This document shows positions 46,152-56,312 of a stretch of DNA of 64,000 nucleotides, piece after piece. The DNA is from a virus. Its lineage: Duplodnaviria > Caudoviricetes. The notes under the pieces are model-generated. The model was given only the letters and a program-made list of their open reading frames with translations, was not told where the DNA came from and did no database searches. Each line of letters opens with the position of its first letter. Position 1 is the first letter of the stretch. Made by a program: the position numbers and the translations under genes. The stretch lies in the IMG/VR virus record IMGVR_UViG_3300046167_000724; one strand, 5' to 3'.

Positions 46152-47977
46152 TGGCAGATTACACTGGAGACAATGCTTGGATTCCCAAGGAAGAATCCGC
46201 AACTGAATCGACAAAGCTAGTATGGTCAACTAAGAAAGTTAACGACCTTATGATTGCGATGGACCAGGGTTACCGTCCAAAGATTGCATTACCATTTTAT
46301 GAAGGTAAGCAATTTTTGAAGAAGGGTAATATTGTGTTTGAGTACACTGATGAAGAAATTGAAGAATTGGCTAAATGTGCTAATGATATAGTTTACTTTG
46401 CAGAAAAGTATGCTGTTGTAATGACTGATGAAGGTATTATGCAGGTAAAACTTCGTGATTATCAAAAGGAATTACTTAGAGATTTTCAGCATAATAGATT
46501 TAATATTGTGTTAGCTTCTCGACAAATGGGTAAAACAGTTACGGCATCAATCTTTAACGCTTGGTATTTAGTGTTTAACTTTGATAAGACTACATTACTT
46601 TTAGCTAACAAGTCAGATTCTACTAAAGAGATTATTGACAAGGCTAAGGTTGTAATGGAAAATTTACCATTTTATATGAAGCCCGGTGTCATTAAGTATG
46701 ATGTCATGAATGTGAAATGTGATAACGGTTGTCGTTTAGTTGGTCAATCAACTACTGCAAAGTCAGGTATTGGTTTTACTATTCACAACTTGTATCTTGA
46801 TGAGTTTGCCCACGTACACAGTTCTATTGTTGATACATTTTACGAGAACGTTTATCCGACACTATCAGCGTCTAAGGTCTCACGTATCAACATAACTTCA
46901 ACCCCGAATGGGTTTAACAAGTTCTATGAGATTTATTCAGGAGCGGACAAGGGTGAAAATGCGTATAAGCCAACACGTATTGATTGGTGGCAGCATCCTG
47001 ATAGAGATGAAGCTTGGTACGAAAGAGAATTAGGTAACTTAGGTTCTGAAGATGCATTTAACAGGCAATATGGTAATGAGTTTGTAAGTTCATCAAATTT
47101 ACTATTTAGTCCAGGTACTCTTAAAAATTTACGTAAAGGTATAAAAGAATACCAACCTTATGATTTAGAAGAGTTTGAAAACATTCATATGGATATGCAG
47201 GACTATTTAAAATGGAGCCCAAACTTTGATCCAGAAGAAGCTGGTGAAGATGGTAGGTACTTTACTTTTTCTGTAGATATTGCAGAGGGTAACGGTGGAG
47301 ACTATTCAGTTATCAATATGTTTGAGATTGTGCCGATGGATGAAAATCATATGGATCTTTTACAGAACCCAGGTGCCATGTATGACTTTTTTAAGTTAAA
47401 GCAAATAGGTGTCTTTAGGTCAAATGAACACGTTATTGAAGACTTTGCTAAAATTCTTTATACATTATCTGTAGATATTTTTAATTCAGAAAATGTTAAA
47501 CTTATTATAGAGTACAATACATATGGGTCTATTCTTATAAAGTACCTACAAACATCATTCCCAAGAAGAAATGATTTTGATGAAGAAATGATAGTTAGGT
47601 TCAAGCACCGTCACGATGCAAGAACTCTTAAACCGGGGGTTAGAGTTAAATCTGATAACAAACCCGTTATGTGTCAAAATTTAAAAAAGCTAGCTGAACA
47701 AAATAGAATATTTTTTGATGAGAAAAATACAGTTGATGAGGCTTCAATGTTTGGTGTGATGCGAAACGGTTCATATGGCGGTCAACATGGTAACGATGAT
47801 GTTGTAATGACATGTGTTACAATGTCTGAATTTTTTGGCACTACAGATTATGCTGATATGGTTGAAGAATTATTAGACGTTATAGACGAAAGCTTACATA
47901 ATAAAATGGAATCTGTTTTATATAAAGATTTTGAAGGAGATGGAGATTTACAATATGATATTTATGATTTATTGTAG
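46151..47977 (+). CDS. gp17: Terminase large subunit
   Basis: LRDYQ, SRQMGKT, LDEFAH, STPNG, VDIAEG, HGNDD; no intein. Confidence 0.95.
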   Translation: MADYTGDNAWIPKEESATESTKLVWSTKKVNDLMIAMDQGYRPKIALPFYEGKQFLKKGNIVFEYTDEEIEELAKCANDIVYFAEKYAVVMTDEGIMQVKLRDYQKELLRDFQHNRFNIVLASRQMGKTVTASIFNAWYLVFNFDKTTLLLANKSDSTKEIIDKAKVVMENLPFYMKPGVIKYDVMNVKCDNGCRLVGQSTTAKSGIGFTIHNLYLDEFAHVHSSIVDTFYENVYPTLSASKVSRINITSTPNGFNKFYEIYSGADKGENAYKPTRIDWWQHPDRDEAWYERELGNLGSEDAFNRQYGNEFVSSSNLLFSPGTLKNLRKGIKEYQPYDLEEFENIHMDMQDYLKWSPNFDPEEAGEDGRYFTFSVDIAEGNGGDYSVINMFEIVPMDENHMDLLQNPGAMYDFFKLKQIGVFRSNEHVIEDFAKILYTLSVDIFNSENVKLIIEYNTYGSILIKYLQTSFPRRNDFDEEMIVRFKHRHDARTLKPGVRVKSDNKPVMCQNLKKLAEQNRIFFDEKNTVDEASMFGVMRNGSYGGQHGNDDVVMTCVTMSEFFGTTDYADMVEELLDVIDESLHNKMESVLYKDFEGDGDLQYDIYDLL

Positions 47978-47997
47978 CAACCTTCAAAAATTATAGA

Positions 47998-48005
47998 GAT
48001 ATATA
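47998..48005 (+). promoter_or_regulatory. Late-type promoter motif GATATATA
   Basis: Recurring octamer. Confidence 0.6.
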
Positions 48006-48034
48006 CATAAATAAAAAAAATATAGTTTAACATC

Positions 48035-50576
48035 ATGGCACTAAGTCCACAACTATTACAATTTAAAAGTTCAGGTGTTTACAGACTGGAATTTGATAAG
48101 TCACAAACTTCAAATATCCCAGCTGATAGAATTAGACTGGTAGTAGGTCACTCTAGAAAGGGTCCTTACAATACGCCAACGCTAATCAGCACTACAGAGC
48201 AATTTATTGCGGTTTTCGGTTCAATCGACAAAAACCTAGAAAAAAAGGGGATGTTCTTCCACAGATCAGCACTTGCTGCTTTAACAAGAGGTCCAATCCT
48301 AGCATTAAACGCAGCTACATTAGACAGCAATGATACAATTTCATATGTTGCTCCAGTTTCAAACGGTACGGTAAGTACTTCTGAGCTAGATGGTAGCAGT
48401 GCGTATTACAACTACTTCAACACTGAAAAGTTCTGGTCACCTTCTGACGAGGCACTTAATGATGTTGTAGGTAATTCAGCAAATAACATTTTAAGATTTG
48501 CTAACATTAAACAAGATAACGTAACAGTTATCGTTAGAAAAGCAAAAGACGTATCATCATTTGACATTCTCGCAAGAGACTGGTACGGTGAAGGTAATGT
48601 ACCTTCGTACTTAAACGCTTTTGATTACATGTCAGATTTTATGGTTGACGTATTTGTATTTAAAGGTGACTTTAATGCAGCTGCAATGTCAACTGACCCA
48701 GTTTACGGTGAATATTTCACTACGGCTGGTTTAAAAATTGACAAATTAGATGAGTTTGTAAACTTAAGACAAGTATCTCTACTTGCTAAGTATACTGGTT
48801 CATTATTACCAAATTTTGTTGACAAAGAAGGTAATGCACTTTACATTGAAACGACTATCAATTCAGAAGCTAGAAGAACAGGTTTATTCTGTGCGGTTAA
48901 TGAAGATGCAGTTATTGATGAAACAGGTACTAAAGTTGACTTAGTAGGTCACATAAACAGTGCTGGTGTTTCTTATGATTCAATGTCATATTCACTTGGC
49001 GCTGACGCAAGAGCAATTACACTTGACCCTGCTTTAGTTTATGCTAAAACTTCTGGAGCATTTGTAACTTATACAGCTTCTCCAACAACAACAACAATTT
49101 ACACGCCAACTTCAGTTGCTTTAGCACCTACTGATACTGCAGCGGTTGTGGATGACACAATAACATTCACGGGTTTTGATCCAGTAGCTGAAGGAATCAC
49201 AACAGCTGATTTTTTACTTGATGCTGCTGGTACTGGTTATGTTGCTGTAAGTTCGGTAACTGCAACTACAATCGTAGCTGTCGCTGATGTCAACGTCGCC
49301 GCTTATACAAGAGCTGCAGGTGGTAATATCGATACGTATACTTCAAGTGTAGTATCTACGCCAGCTGCAAATCTAGCATTAGAAGCGGGTCAATACATTA
49401 TTGCTGAAGAGCCAAATAGAATGGTTAAAGTTATTAGAATAGCTAAATCTACTGTAGGTTCTGATATTGTATATAAAGTGTATACTTCAGCTGAAGCGGC
49501 TACAGTTACAGATATGAAAGGTTACAAGTCTTTTGAAGCTTCAACAGACTATTACGTGACATTCCCAATCAACGGTGCTGTAATCATAGACAAGCCAAAC
49601 CCAATTCAATCTGCACTAGATGCGGTAACATTAGGTTCTGGTTTAGCAAATGCTCTTATTGATAAAGATAATATTTCTTTCAGATATGTTGTTGATACAT
49701 TTGCATCTTTAGATGGTACAACTCTTTTAAACAAAGTACAACTATCAGCACTTGCTAAAGCAAGACAAAATGCATCTGCAATCTTAAACGCACCATCAAT
49801 TGCTGAGTTTAAGAAATCAACAGACCCATCGTTTACTGATGGATTTGGCGCATTTAGCGTTGAATATATTGCAACAGGCGGTAATTTAGATAAGAACCCA
49901 ACCTGCACTATATGCTTTACCAAGCATTAATGACGGTGCAAACTATGCGTTCTACTATACTTCACTAGTTGTAAGAGAAAACAACAAAGATTTCGTTATG
50001 CCATCAGCAGCTTACGTATCTAACAACTTTATTGACAAGTACACTGACTCATCTCCATGGGCTATTGTTGCTGGTCCAAGAAGAGGTTCAATCTCAGGTT
50101 CTGGTATTGTTGGTGCTGAATACGCATTTGACAGGTCGGATAGAGATGTACTTGAGCCATTTGGAATCAATCCTATTGTATTCCAAAGAGGTGCGGGTCT
50201 AACAATTTTAGGTAATAAAACAGCACAACAGTCTGTACAATCAGCGCTTTCTTCAGCTCACGTTAGAGAAGTTCTTATTTACATTCAAGACGGTCTTGCT
50301 GCAATCCTAAAAGATTATGTGTTTGAATTCAATACACCACAAACTAGATTAGAAATCAAAACTCTAGCAGATTCATTTATGGAATCAGTTAAAGCTGAGA
50401 CTGGTGTGTACGATTTCAAAAACGTAATTGACACAACAAACAATACGAACGAAGTAATAGACGCAAACATTGGTATCCTAGATACTTTTGTTGAGCCGGT
50501 TAAAGGTTTAGAAATAGTTGTTCAAAGAACAACAGTTTTAAACACTGGTGAAATTGCATCTGGTAACTTCAATTAA
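48035..50576 (+). CDS. gp18: Tail sheath protein, interrupted by a +1 frameshift near 49902 (track ORFs 48035-49930 and 49998-50576)
   Basis: SSGVYRLEFD N-terminus; +1 frame continues ALYALPSINDGANYAF...PSAAY...AGPRRG, INPI, GNKT. Confidence 0.85.
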
Positions 50577-50581
50577 TATAG

Positions 50582-50589
50582 GATATATA
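50582..50589 (+). promoter_or_regulatory. Late-type promoter motif GATATATA
   Basis: Recurring octamer. Confidence 0.6.
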
Positions 50590-50608
50590 AAAAAAGATTA
50601 AAGAAGAT

Positions 50609-51163
50609 ATGCCACTTCCACATTACTCACAAGATCAAACTAGCAAGAAAGGTAGAAACTTTGAAGCAGTGCAACAATCACTGTTTGAAGTAACTATTCT
50701 TCCACCTGCTGGCGTTCAAGGTGCTAACATGCTTTTACAACAAGTTAACTCGATTTCGGGTCTTGAAATTAACAAAGCAATTGGTACACAAGAACAGAAG
50801 TTTAAATTCGTTACTCGTTCGTTTGCATCTCAACCAGAAAGCACTGCGATTGATTTAGCGATTAACTTTTCACTTAACTTAAACGATGCTAACCAAGCAT
50901 ACACTTATAAGACACTAAAAGATTGGTACAATCTTATGTATGACCCAAATACTGGGGCTATGGGTCTTAAGAAAGATTATGTTGGTACTATTATTGTTAC
51001 TCAATTTAACAGAAAGGGTGACATTTTTAGAACAGTAACTCTAGAAGATTGTTTCATTTCATCAGGTCTTCCATTCCTAGAGGGCGGCGACTATTCAGAC
51101 GCAGCACCACAAGTTATGGATGTTACTTGGAGATGTGATAACTTTAAAGAAGAGCTAGCATAA
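50609..51163 (+). CDS. gp19: Tail tube protein
   Basis: LFEV, W.N..YD, KKDY.G..IVTQF, VTWRCD; follows sheath. Confidence 0.85.
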   Translation: MPLPHYSQDQTSKKGRNFEAVQQSLFEVTILPPAGVQGANMLLQQVNSISGLEINKAIGTQEQKFKFVTRSFASQPESTAIDLAINFSLNLNDANQAYTYKTLKDWYNLMYDPNTGAMGLKKDYVGTIIVTQFNRKGDIFRTVTLEDCFISSGLPFLEGGDYSDAAPQVMDVTWRCDNFKEELA

Positions 51164-51186
51164 TTTAATATTAACTAATAATACTT

Positions 51187-51220
51187 GAGGGCGAGTTTGT
51201 ATAAAACTCGCTCTCTTTTT
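51187..51220 (+). terminator. Intrinsic terminator
   Basis: GAGGGCGAGTTT/AAACTCGCTCTC plus T-tract. Confidence 0.9.
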
Positions 51221-51254
51221 AACCTTACAAAAGATAATATAATATCATCATACT

Positions 51255-51473
51255 ATGGCTTCAAAGCTAACAAATAAACTACAAGTCCTGTTATCCGAGG
51301 AAGAAGTATCAATGCTTAATAGAATTATATTAAACGATGCTATTCAAAACGGACAAAGACCGATATCGATGTCGGCATTTATTAGAGAATTAATTAGAAC
51401 TGAAATAGAATTACGAGACGAAGAAGATAAAATCTTCGGTAAAGAAAAATTAAAACAACTTAAAAAGAAATAA
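51255..51473 (+). CDS. Small ribbon-helix-helix-like protein
   Basis: KLQVLLSEEE...SMSAFIRELI pattern. Confidence 0.5.
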   Translation: MASKLTNKLQVLLSEEEVSMLNRIILNDAIQNGQRPISMSAFIRELIRTEIELRDEEDKIFGKEKLKQLKKK

Positions 51474-51475
51474 AC

Positions 51476-52420
51476 ATGAGCGAAGATCAAAACATGAAAG
51501 ATCCATATCAGGACATGGTCGAAGGAAAAGACCAGGAAATTATTAACGAAGTAAAGCAAAATGGCTTAGGTAAAGCCACTATGTCTAAATTTGTAAATGA
51601 TACATTAGACGCAGATTCACATTTGGGTTGGATGCATATAGATATTAGTGCACTACCATCTAGGGGTATGTTTTATCCTGAAGATGCTGTTATTAAAATT
51701 AAAGCAGCAACTGTTGCTGAAATTAGACATTTTTCAACAATTGATGAATCTAGTTTAATAGATATTGACGAAAAGTTAAATGAAATAGTTAAAGCTTGTA
51801 TCATGGTATCGTCAAAGTCTAGTAAGTTTGCACCGAAAGATATTTGTGAAGAAGATAGATTTTATATTCTATTATCTGTAAGAGACCTTACGTTCCCAGA
51901 ACCTGAAAATACTCTTAAGATTAATCATGAATCTAAGATGGGTACTAAACATGAAGTTGAACTTAAAACTGAATATCTACAATACTTTAATATTGATTCA
52001 AGTTTAGATAAATACTACAATGAAGAATCTAGAAGATTTTTTATTGAAACCAAATCGTTTGGTACTATTGAAATGAGACCACCGTCAATCGGTATTATGG
52101 AACAAGTTACTAAATATATTAAAGACCGTCAATTTAGAGGTCTTAATATAGACCAGTCACTTTTACAAGTAATGCCTTTTATAATTACGGACTGGAGATC
52201 ATTTAATGATAAATCATTATTTCAGCTTGAAGTTGAAATGAATGGATGGGACCATAGAAAGTATTCTTTAATTTATAAGCTTGCGGAACAAATGAAAATG
52301 GGTATTAAACCAACTATGAAAGTAGATTTAGGGGACGGCGTGGAGGATGTCCCGATTGGGTTTCGTGACGGACTCAAATCTTTGTTCATTATTCAAGATA
52401 TCGCTGGAGAACTTCTTTAA
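51476..52420 (+). CDS. gp26: Baseplate hub / tail assembly chaperone (gp26-like)
   Basis: LPSRGMFYP, IKAATVAE, MRPP; upstream of tape measure. Confidence 0.6.
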   Translation: MSEDQNMKDPYQDMVEGKDQEIINEVKQNGLGKATMSKFVNDTLDADSHLGWMHIDISALPSRGMFYPEDAVIKIKAATVAEIRHFSTIDESSLIDIDEKLNEIVKACIMVSSKSSKFAPKDICEEDRFYILLSVRDLTFPEPENTLKINHESKMGTKHEVELKTEYLQYFNIDSSLDKYYNEESRRFFIETKSFGTIEMRPPSIGIMEQVTKYIKDRQFRGLNIDQSLLQVMPFIITDWRSFNDKSLFQLEVEMNGWDHRKYSLIYKLAEQMKMGIKPTMKVDLGDGVEDVPIGFRDGLKSLFIIQDIAGELL

Positions 52421-52646
52421 GACGAAGTTTTATATCTATCTTAAACTACATTTGCAACCGAGTGAATTGGAACAATTACCATTTTACGAGTATCATTATT
52501 TAGTTAAAGATTTAACAGAATATTTAAAACAAGAGAAGGATGCTAATGAAAGGCAATCAGCTCAAATAGATGATACAAGGTCGACATACAAACAACCTAG
52601 TATGCCAAAATTTAATCAACCTAGGGTTAACGTCCCTAAAATATAA
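52347..52646 (+). CDS. gp51: gp51-like hub assembly protein; true start uncertain (possible +1 frameshift product)
   Basis: PSELEQLPFYEYHYLV pattern; overlaps previous gene in +1 frame. Confidence 0.55.
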   Translation: MSRLGFVTDSNLCSLFKISLENFFKTKFYIYLKLHLQPSELEQLPFYEYHYLVKDLTEYLKQEKDANERQSAQIDDTRSTYKQPSMPKFNQPRVNVPKI

Positions 52647-52648
52647 CT

Positions 52649-52685
52649 TTAAGGGTGGGGTTTTACGCCCCGCCCTTAATTTTTT
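52649..52685 (+). terminator. Intrinsic terminator
   Basis: TTAAGGGTGGGG/CCCCGCCCTTAA plus T-tract. Confidence 0.9.
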
Positions 52686-52688
52686 ATA

Positions 52689-52696
52689 GATATATA
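52689..52696 (+). promoter_or_regulatory. Late-type promoter motif GATATATA
   Basis: Recurring octamer. Confidence 0.6.
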
Positions 52697-52729
52697 CAAA
52701 AATGCTAAAATCAAACAAGTAATTAATTA

Positions 52730-55234
52730 ATGGCATCAAAGGGTATTCCAACATCTGCTGGTATTGGTAAATTAACACAAAATTCTATTTTAGGTAATAA
52801 TATACTTTCTAAAATAGAAGGTATTGCTAGTGGTAATGCAGAGAAATTGACTAATATTGATAGTAATGTTAATTCGATGTCTACATCGCTTGATAAAATT
52901 ACTGAATTAATATCTGTTCAAAATAAAATTTTAGAACAAATTAGAGATGTTGTTGTTAGTAAGGGTGGCGAAAAAAAATCTACGGGTGTTGCTGTTGGTG
53001 GTTTTGATTTTAAATCAATAGGTAAATCTGCTAGTAAAGCAATCGGAGCTGGTATTGGTATTGTAGCCATGGCAGCGGCTATTTCTTTAGCTGCGGGTAT
53101 TTTTATGATGATACCATCAGCACCCCCTAAAGATATTTTAACTAAATTTGGTATTGCATTAGGTACTGTTGGTGTATTAATGTTAATGGCACCCGCATTT
53201 TCTAAATTAATAGCGTCGTTAGGTTCTATAAAAAGCACATCATCTATTAGTTATGGTGGTGCGGATATTAGTACATCTGGTATTGATATTATGGGTATTG
53301 TGGCATCAGTTGGTGGTGCGTTTATTTCATTACTTGCAATGTCCGCTGGAATTGTAGCTTCTGCATCTATTTTACAGTATATGCCAGATGACACAACATT
53401 GTTCCCTAAATTAGGTATGGCAATATTAGTTGCGGTCGCATTAGTACCTGTGGCTTTTGCATTCACGCAAGTGATGTCTATATTAGCAAACATGAAATCA
53501 TCCACTGATTTAAAAGCGGGTGATAAATTTGGGGGAAGCAAATCGGGTAGTGATATTATGGGTATGGTTGCCGCTATTGGTGGAGCGTTTATTAGTTTAA
53601 TAGCAATGAGTGGTGCTATTGTAGCAGCTGCATATATTTTACAATACATGCCAAATGATGAAAGTTTAATGAAAAAAGCTCTTATTGCTGGTGTAATTGG
53701 TTTTGCAATGATTCCAGTTGCATTTGCATTTGGCGCTATTATAAAATCAATGTCAAGTATAGCTTCAAATCCAATGGCTGTTGCAATTGCAGTCGCGGGT
53801 GCAGCTATCGCATTACCATTAATGATGGGTGCTTTAGGTTTAGGTATACATGCTTTAAACGCTACAATGCCAGATACTTATCCAGCACTACCAGAATGGA
53901 AATGGTTAGGACAACTTGCGGTACTTGCTGCAATTGGTACTTTAGTATTTTATGGAGTTTCTAAAGCCGTTGCTGACCTTAGTATAAAAGGATTTATAAT
54001 GACGGCATTGGGCATACCCGTATTATTTGCAGCTTTAGCTACAGGTATTTATTTATGGAATTTATTGGGTCCAGGTGCTGATGCTGATTATTCAAATCCA
54101 ATAGATACTGAATGGGCATTTAAAACTGCAATAGGGTTATTAGCATTTGTTATACCATTAGCAGCCTTGGCTTTAGTTTCTAAGATGGGTCCGCAAGCAT
54201 TATTATTAGGAACTCTTGGTATTTCACTATTAATGGGGGCTATTGCAGCGGGTCTTTGGTTATTTGATAAATTTGGACCAGATGATCCGGCAGCTGTTGC
54301 AAATACTTTTGGACAAGTAATGTTAGCACCTTTTAATGTTTTAGCAGATACCTTAGCTAATTTTATGAATAAAATCGGTATTGAAAATATGGGGCCTTTA
54401 GCATTAGGTCTTACAAAACTTGGTGCTGGTTGGGCTGCGTTTGTAGCGGCTGTAAGTGTTGGTAATGTTGCCCAAAGTATAGGGAGTTTAGTTAGTGGTA
54501 CCGTTGATGCGGTTAAAGATTTAGGCTCTAGTGTTGTAAATCTTTTCACGGGAGGTGATTCTAAAGCTACAGAAAATAAGGGTACCGCACTGGATTTGAT
54601 AACTAAAATAGGTAAAAATATAAATGTTATTCAAAAAGCAGGACCTGCGTTAACATCCATGGCTTCCGCTATGCAGAAATTCGCAAAGTATACTGAAGAT
54701 GATTTTGATCCAGTTCATAATATTCTTTTCCAGATGGAAAGGCTTGGTGATCCAGATAGTAGAGCAAAGCGTTATGGCAGTAGTACAAAGAACGGTTCAA
54801 GATATGGTATTGAAAATACTTTAGAGATTTTCGATCGTGCAATACAAAGTAGTAATAAACTTAGTAATATTCAAGGTGCTCAAAAAACTAAAGAATTATT
54901 TCAAGAACTAAATAATATAATGGCTAACCCTAATAGTTTAGAAGGTATGCAACTTATGATTAAACTATTTCAACAAATAGCAACATCTATGGAAACGGCT
55001 GGAGAAGCAATGGATGGTTCTTCTAATGGTTTAGCAACACTTGTAAATGCATTTAATAAGGTAAGTAATAAAATTGGCGGTACTGTCGGTTCGAATTCAA
55101 ATAATTCTACATCTACACCACAATTGTCATCTTCTAATAAAGGGCCTAGAGATTTAATTGCAGCTATTAAACGTTTAGAGACAGTGATGTCAGGTACTCA
55201 ACAAGTATTTGTGGTTAACCAAGAAGGTCTTTAA
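52730..55234 (+). CDS. Tape-measure-like protein with many hydrophobic helices
   Basis: Ala/Gly-rich, 834 aa, follows tube and chaperones; internal duplication DIMG..A..GGAFISL.AMS...ILQYMP.D. Confidence 0.7.
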   Translation: MASKGIPTSAGIGKLTQNSILGNNILSKIEGIASGNAEKLTNIDSNVNSMSTSLDKITELISVQNKILEQIRDVVVSKGGEKKSTGVAVGGFDFKSIGKSASKAIGAGIGIVAMAAAISLAAGIFMMIPSAPPKDILTKFGIALGTVGVLMLMAPAFSKLIASLGSIKSTSSISYGGADISTSGIDIMGIVASVGGAFISLLAMSAGIVASASILQYMPDDTTLFPKLGMAILVAVALVPVAFAFTQVMSILANMKSSTDLKAGDKFGGSKSGSDIMGMVAAIGGAFISLIAMSGAIVAAAYILQYMPNDESLMKKALIAGVIGFAMIPVAFAFGAIIKSMSSIASNPMAVAIAVAGAAIALPLMMGALGLGIHALNATMPDTYPALPEWKWLGQLAVLAAIGTLVFYGVSKAVADLSIKGFIMTALGIPVLFAALATGIYLWNLLGPGADADYSNPIDTEWAFKTAIGLLAFVIPLAALALVSKMGPQALLLGTLGISLLMGAIAAGLWLFDKFGPDDPAAVANTFGQVMLAPFNVLADTLANFMNKIGIENMGPLALGLTKLGAGWAAFVAAVSVGNVAQSIGSLVSGTVDAVKDLGSSVVNLFTGGDSKATENKGTALDLITKIGKNINVIQKAGPALTSMASAMQKFAKYTEDDFDPVHNILFQMERLGDPDSRAKRYGSSTKNGSRYGIENTLEIFDRAIQSSNKLSNIQGAQKTKELFQELNNIMANPNSLEGMQLMIKLFQQIATSMETAGEAMDGSSNGLATLVNAFNKVSNKIGGTVGSNSNNSTSTPQLSSSNKGPRDLIAAIKRLETVMSGTQQVFVVNQEGL

Positions 55235-55310
55235 TCTTTAAACCTTATTTTACCCTCAGGCATAAAACCATAACTTATATGGTGTATATGACCCTTTAGT
55301 TTCAAATACA

Positions 55311-55418
55311 ATGAAAAATAATAATAAAGTTTGTACAACTTGTAATATAGTTATACCATCTGGTTTACCAATGGATAATATTTGTACAAAATGTCTAATT
55401 AGTAAGAAACAATCTTAA
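55311..55418 (+). CDS. 35-aa CxxC...CxxC mini-protein (not in ORF track)
   Basis: MKNNNKVCTTC...ICTKCLISKKQS*. Confidence 0.4.
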   Translation: MKNNNKVCTTCNIVIPSGLPMDNICTKCLISKKQS

Positions 55419-55433
55419 TTTAACACATATAAT
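55406..55433 (+). promoter_or_regulatory. Middle-type promoter GAAACA-N16-TATAAT
   Basis: Recurring motif. Confidence 0.75.
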
Positions 55434-55452
55434 AGTTGTTAAATAATTAGAT

Positions 55453-55695
55453 ATGATTACATCAACACATTCACATTACGATAGCTCTACGGTCAAGTCA
55501 GCAGCTTACAACTACAAACACCAAACTCTTACGGTTCACTTTAATCATGCAACTTATTTATATGAGGGTGTTTCGGTAGAAGATTGGACTAAATTCGATA
55601 CGGCAAAGTCTCAAGGTATTGCTCTTAATGATTTCATAAAGGGTAAGTACAATTTTGAAAAAATAAATGAGACAGAAAAGGTAGCGAATATATAA
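55453..55695 (+). CDS. KTSC-domain protein
   Basis: SSTVKSAAYN..L.V.F...Y.Y.GV...F..A.S.G..LN..IKG.Y. Confidence 0.85.
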   Translation: MITSTHSHYDSSTVKSAAYNYKHQTLTVHFNHATYLYEGVSVEDWTKFDTAKSQGIALNDFIKGKYNFEKINETEKVANI

Positions 55696-55704
55696 GTTTC
55701 TTAT

Positions 55705-55732
55705 GAAACAAACTCTAACTTGAGAGTATAAA
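55705..55732 (+). promoter_or_regulatory. Middle-type promoter GAAACA-N16-TATAAA for tRNA cluster
   Basis: Recurring motif. Confidence 0.7.
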
Positions 55733-55789
55733 TTAAGTAAAAAGTTATTTGTTTTTTTTGATTACACATTAGAGAATTTATTCTCGGCT

Positions 55790-55871
55790 GCGGATGTGTT
55801 GAAATTGGTAGACAAGCTGGTTTTAGGCACCAGTGCTTTACGGCGTGAAGGTTCGAGTCCTTTCATCCGCA
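55790..55871 (+). tRNA. trnL: tRNA-Leu(TAG)
   Basis: GCGGATG/CATCCGC acceptor, CTGGT/ACCAG anticodon stem, long variable arm, TTCGA. Confidence 0.92.
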
Positions 55872-55883
55872 CAACTAATATAC

Positions 55884-55949
55884 GAAGGAGTGAAAGAGAT
55901 TTTACGTCGGCTTAAGGTCATAACGTTCACTGACAAACAGGTAGCCTTC
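55884..55949 (+). ncRNA. Unassigned structured spacer between tRNA-Leu and tRNA-Arg
   Basis: GAAGG/CCTTC, AGTGAA/TTCACT, GGCT/AGCC complementarities. Confidence 0.3.
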
Positions 55950-55957
55950 AGATTATT

Positions 55958-56031
55958 GGACTCGTAGCTCAGCTGGATAGAGCATCTGCCTTCTAAGCAG
56001 ACGGTCATAGGTTCGAATCCTATCGGGTTCA
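55958..56031 (+). tRNA. trnR: tRNA-Arg(TCT)
   Basis: Cloverleaf, TCTGC/GCAGA stem with TCT. Confidence 0.95.
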
Positions 56032-56038
56032 CAAGTAT

Positions 56039-56112
56039 TCCTTCTTAGCTCAGTTGGTTAGAGCATCTGACTGTTAATCAGAGGGTCCTTGGTTCGAGCC
56101 CAAGAGAAGGAG
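56039..56112 (+). tRNA. trnN: tRNA-Asn(GTT)
   Basis: Cloverleaf, TCTGA/TCAGA stem with GTT. Confidence 0.95.
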
Positions 56113-56161
56113 CAACCCAGACGTGTACTCAAAAATGAGTTAAAAAAGTTGCTTCAAGAAT

Positions 56162-56190
56162 GAAACAACATGAGAAGCTATTAGTATAAT
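56162..56190 (+). promoter_or_regulatory. Middle-type promoter GAAACA-N17-TATAAT
   Basis: Recurring motif. Confidence 0.75.
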
Positions 56191-56220
56191 AGAAGTTCTT
56201 TGACATATTGGTAGTCAACC

Positions 56221-56305
56221 GGAGAGGTGGCAGAGTGGTCGAATGCACCAGTCTTGAAAACTGGCGTACTGCAAGGTACCGGGGGTTCGAATCCCTCCCT
56301 CTCCG
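56221..56305 (+). tRNA. trnS: tRNA-Ser(TGA)
   Basis: GGAGAGG/CCTCTCC acceptor, long variable arm. Confidence 0.95.
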
Positions 56306-56312
56306 CTGAGAA

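Noticed and set aside
12340-47977. Introns, inteins or homing endonucleases in thyA, nrdA/B, helicases, polymerase, terminase
   Set aside because: Proteins are of normal length and uninterrupted; gp4 TnsA-like fold is the standard head completion gene.
52918-54549. Several minus-strand ORFs over the tape measure gene
   Set aside because: Antisense of Ala/Gly-rich codons lacking stops; no independent signals.
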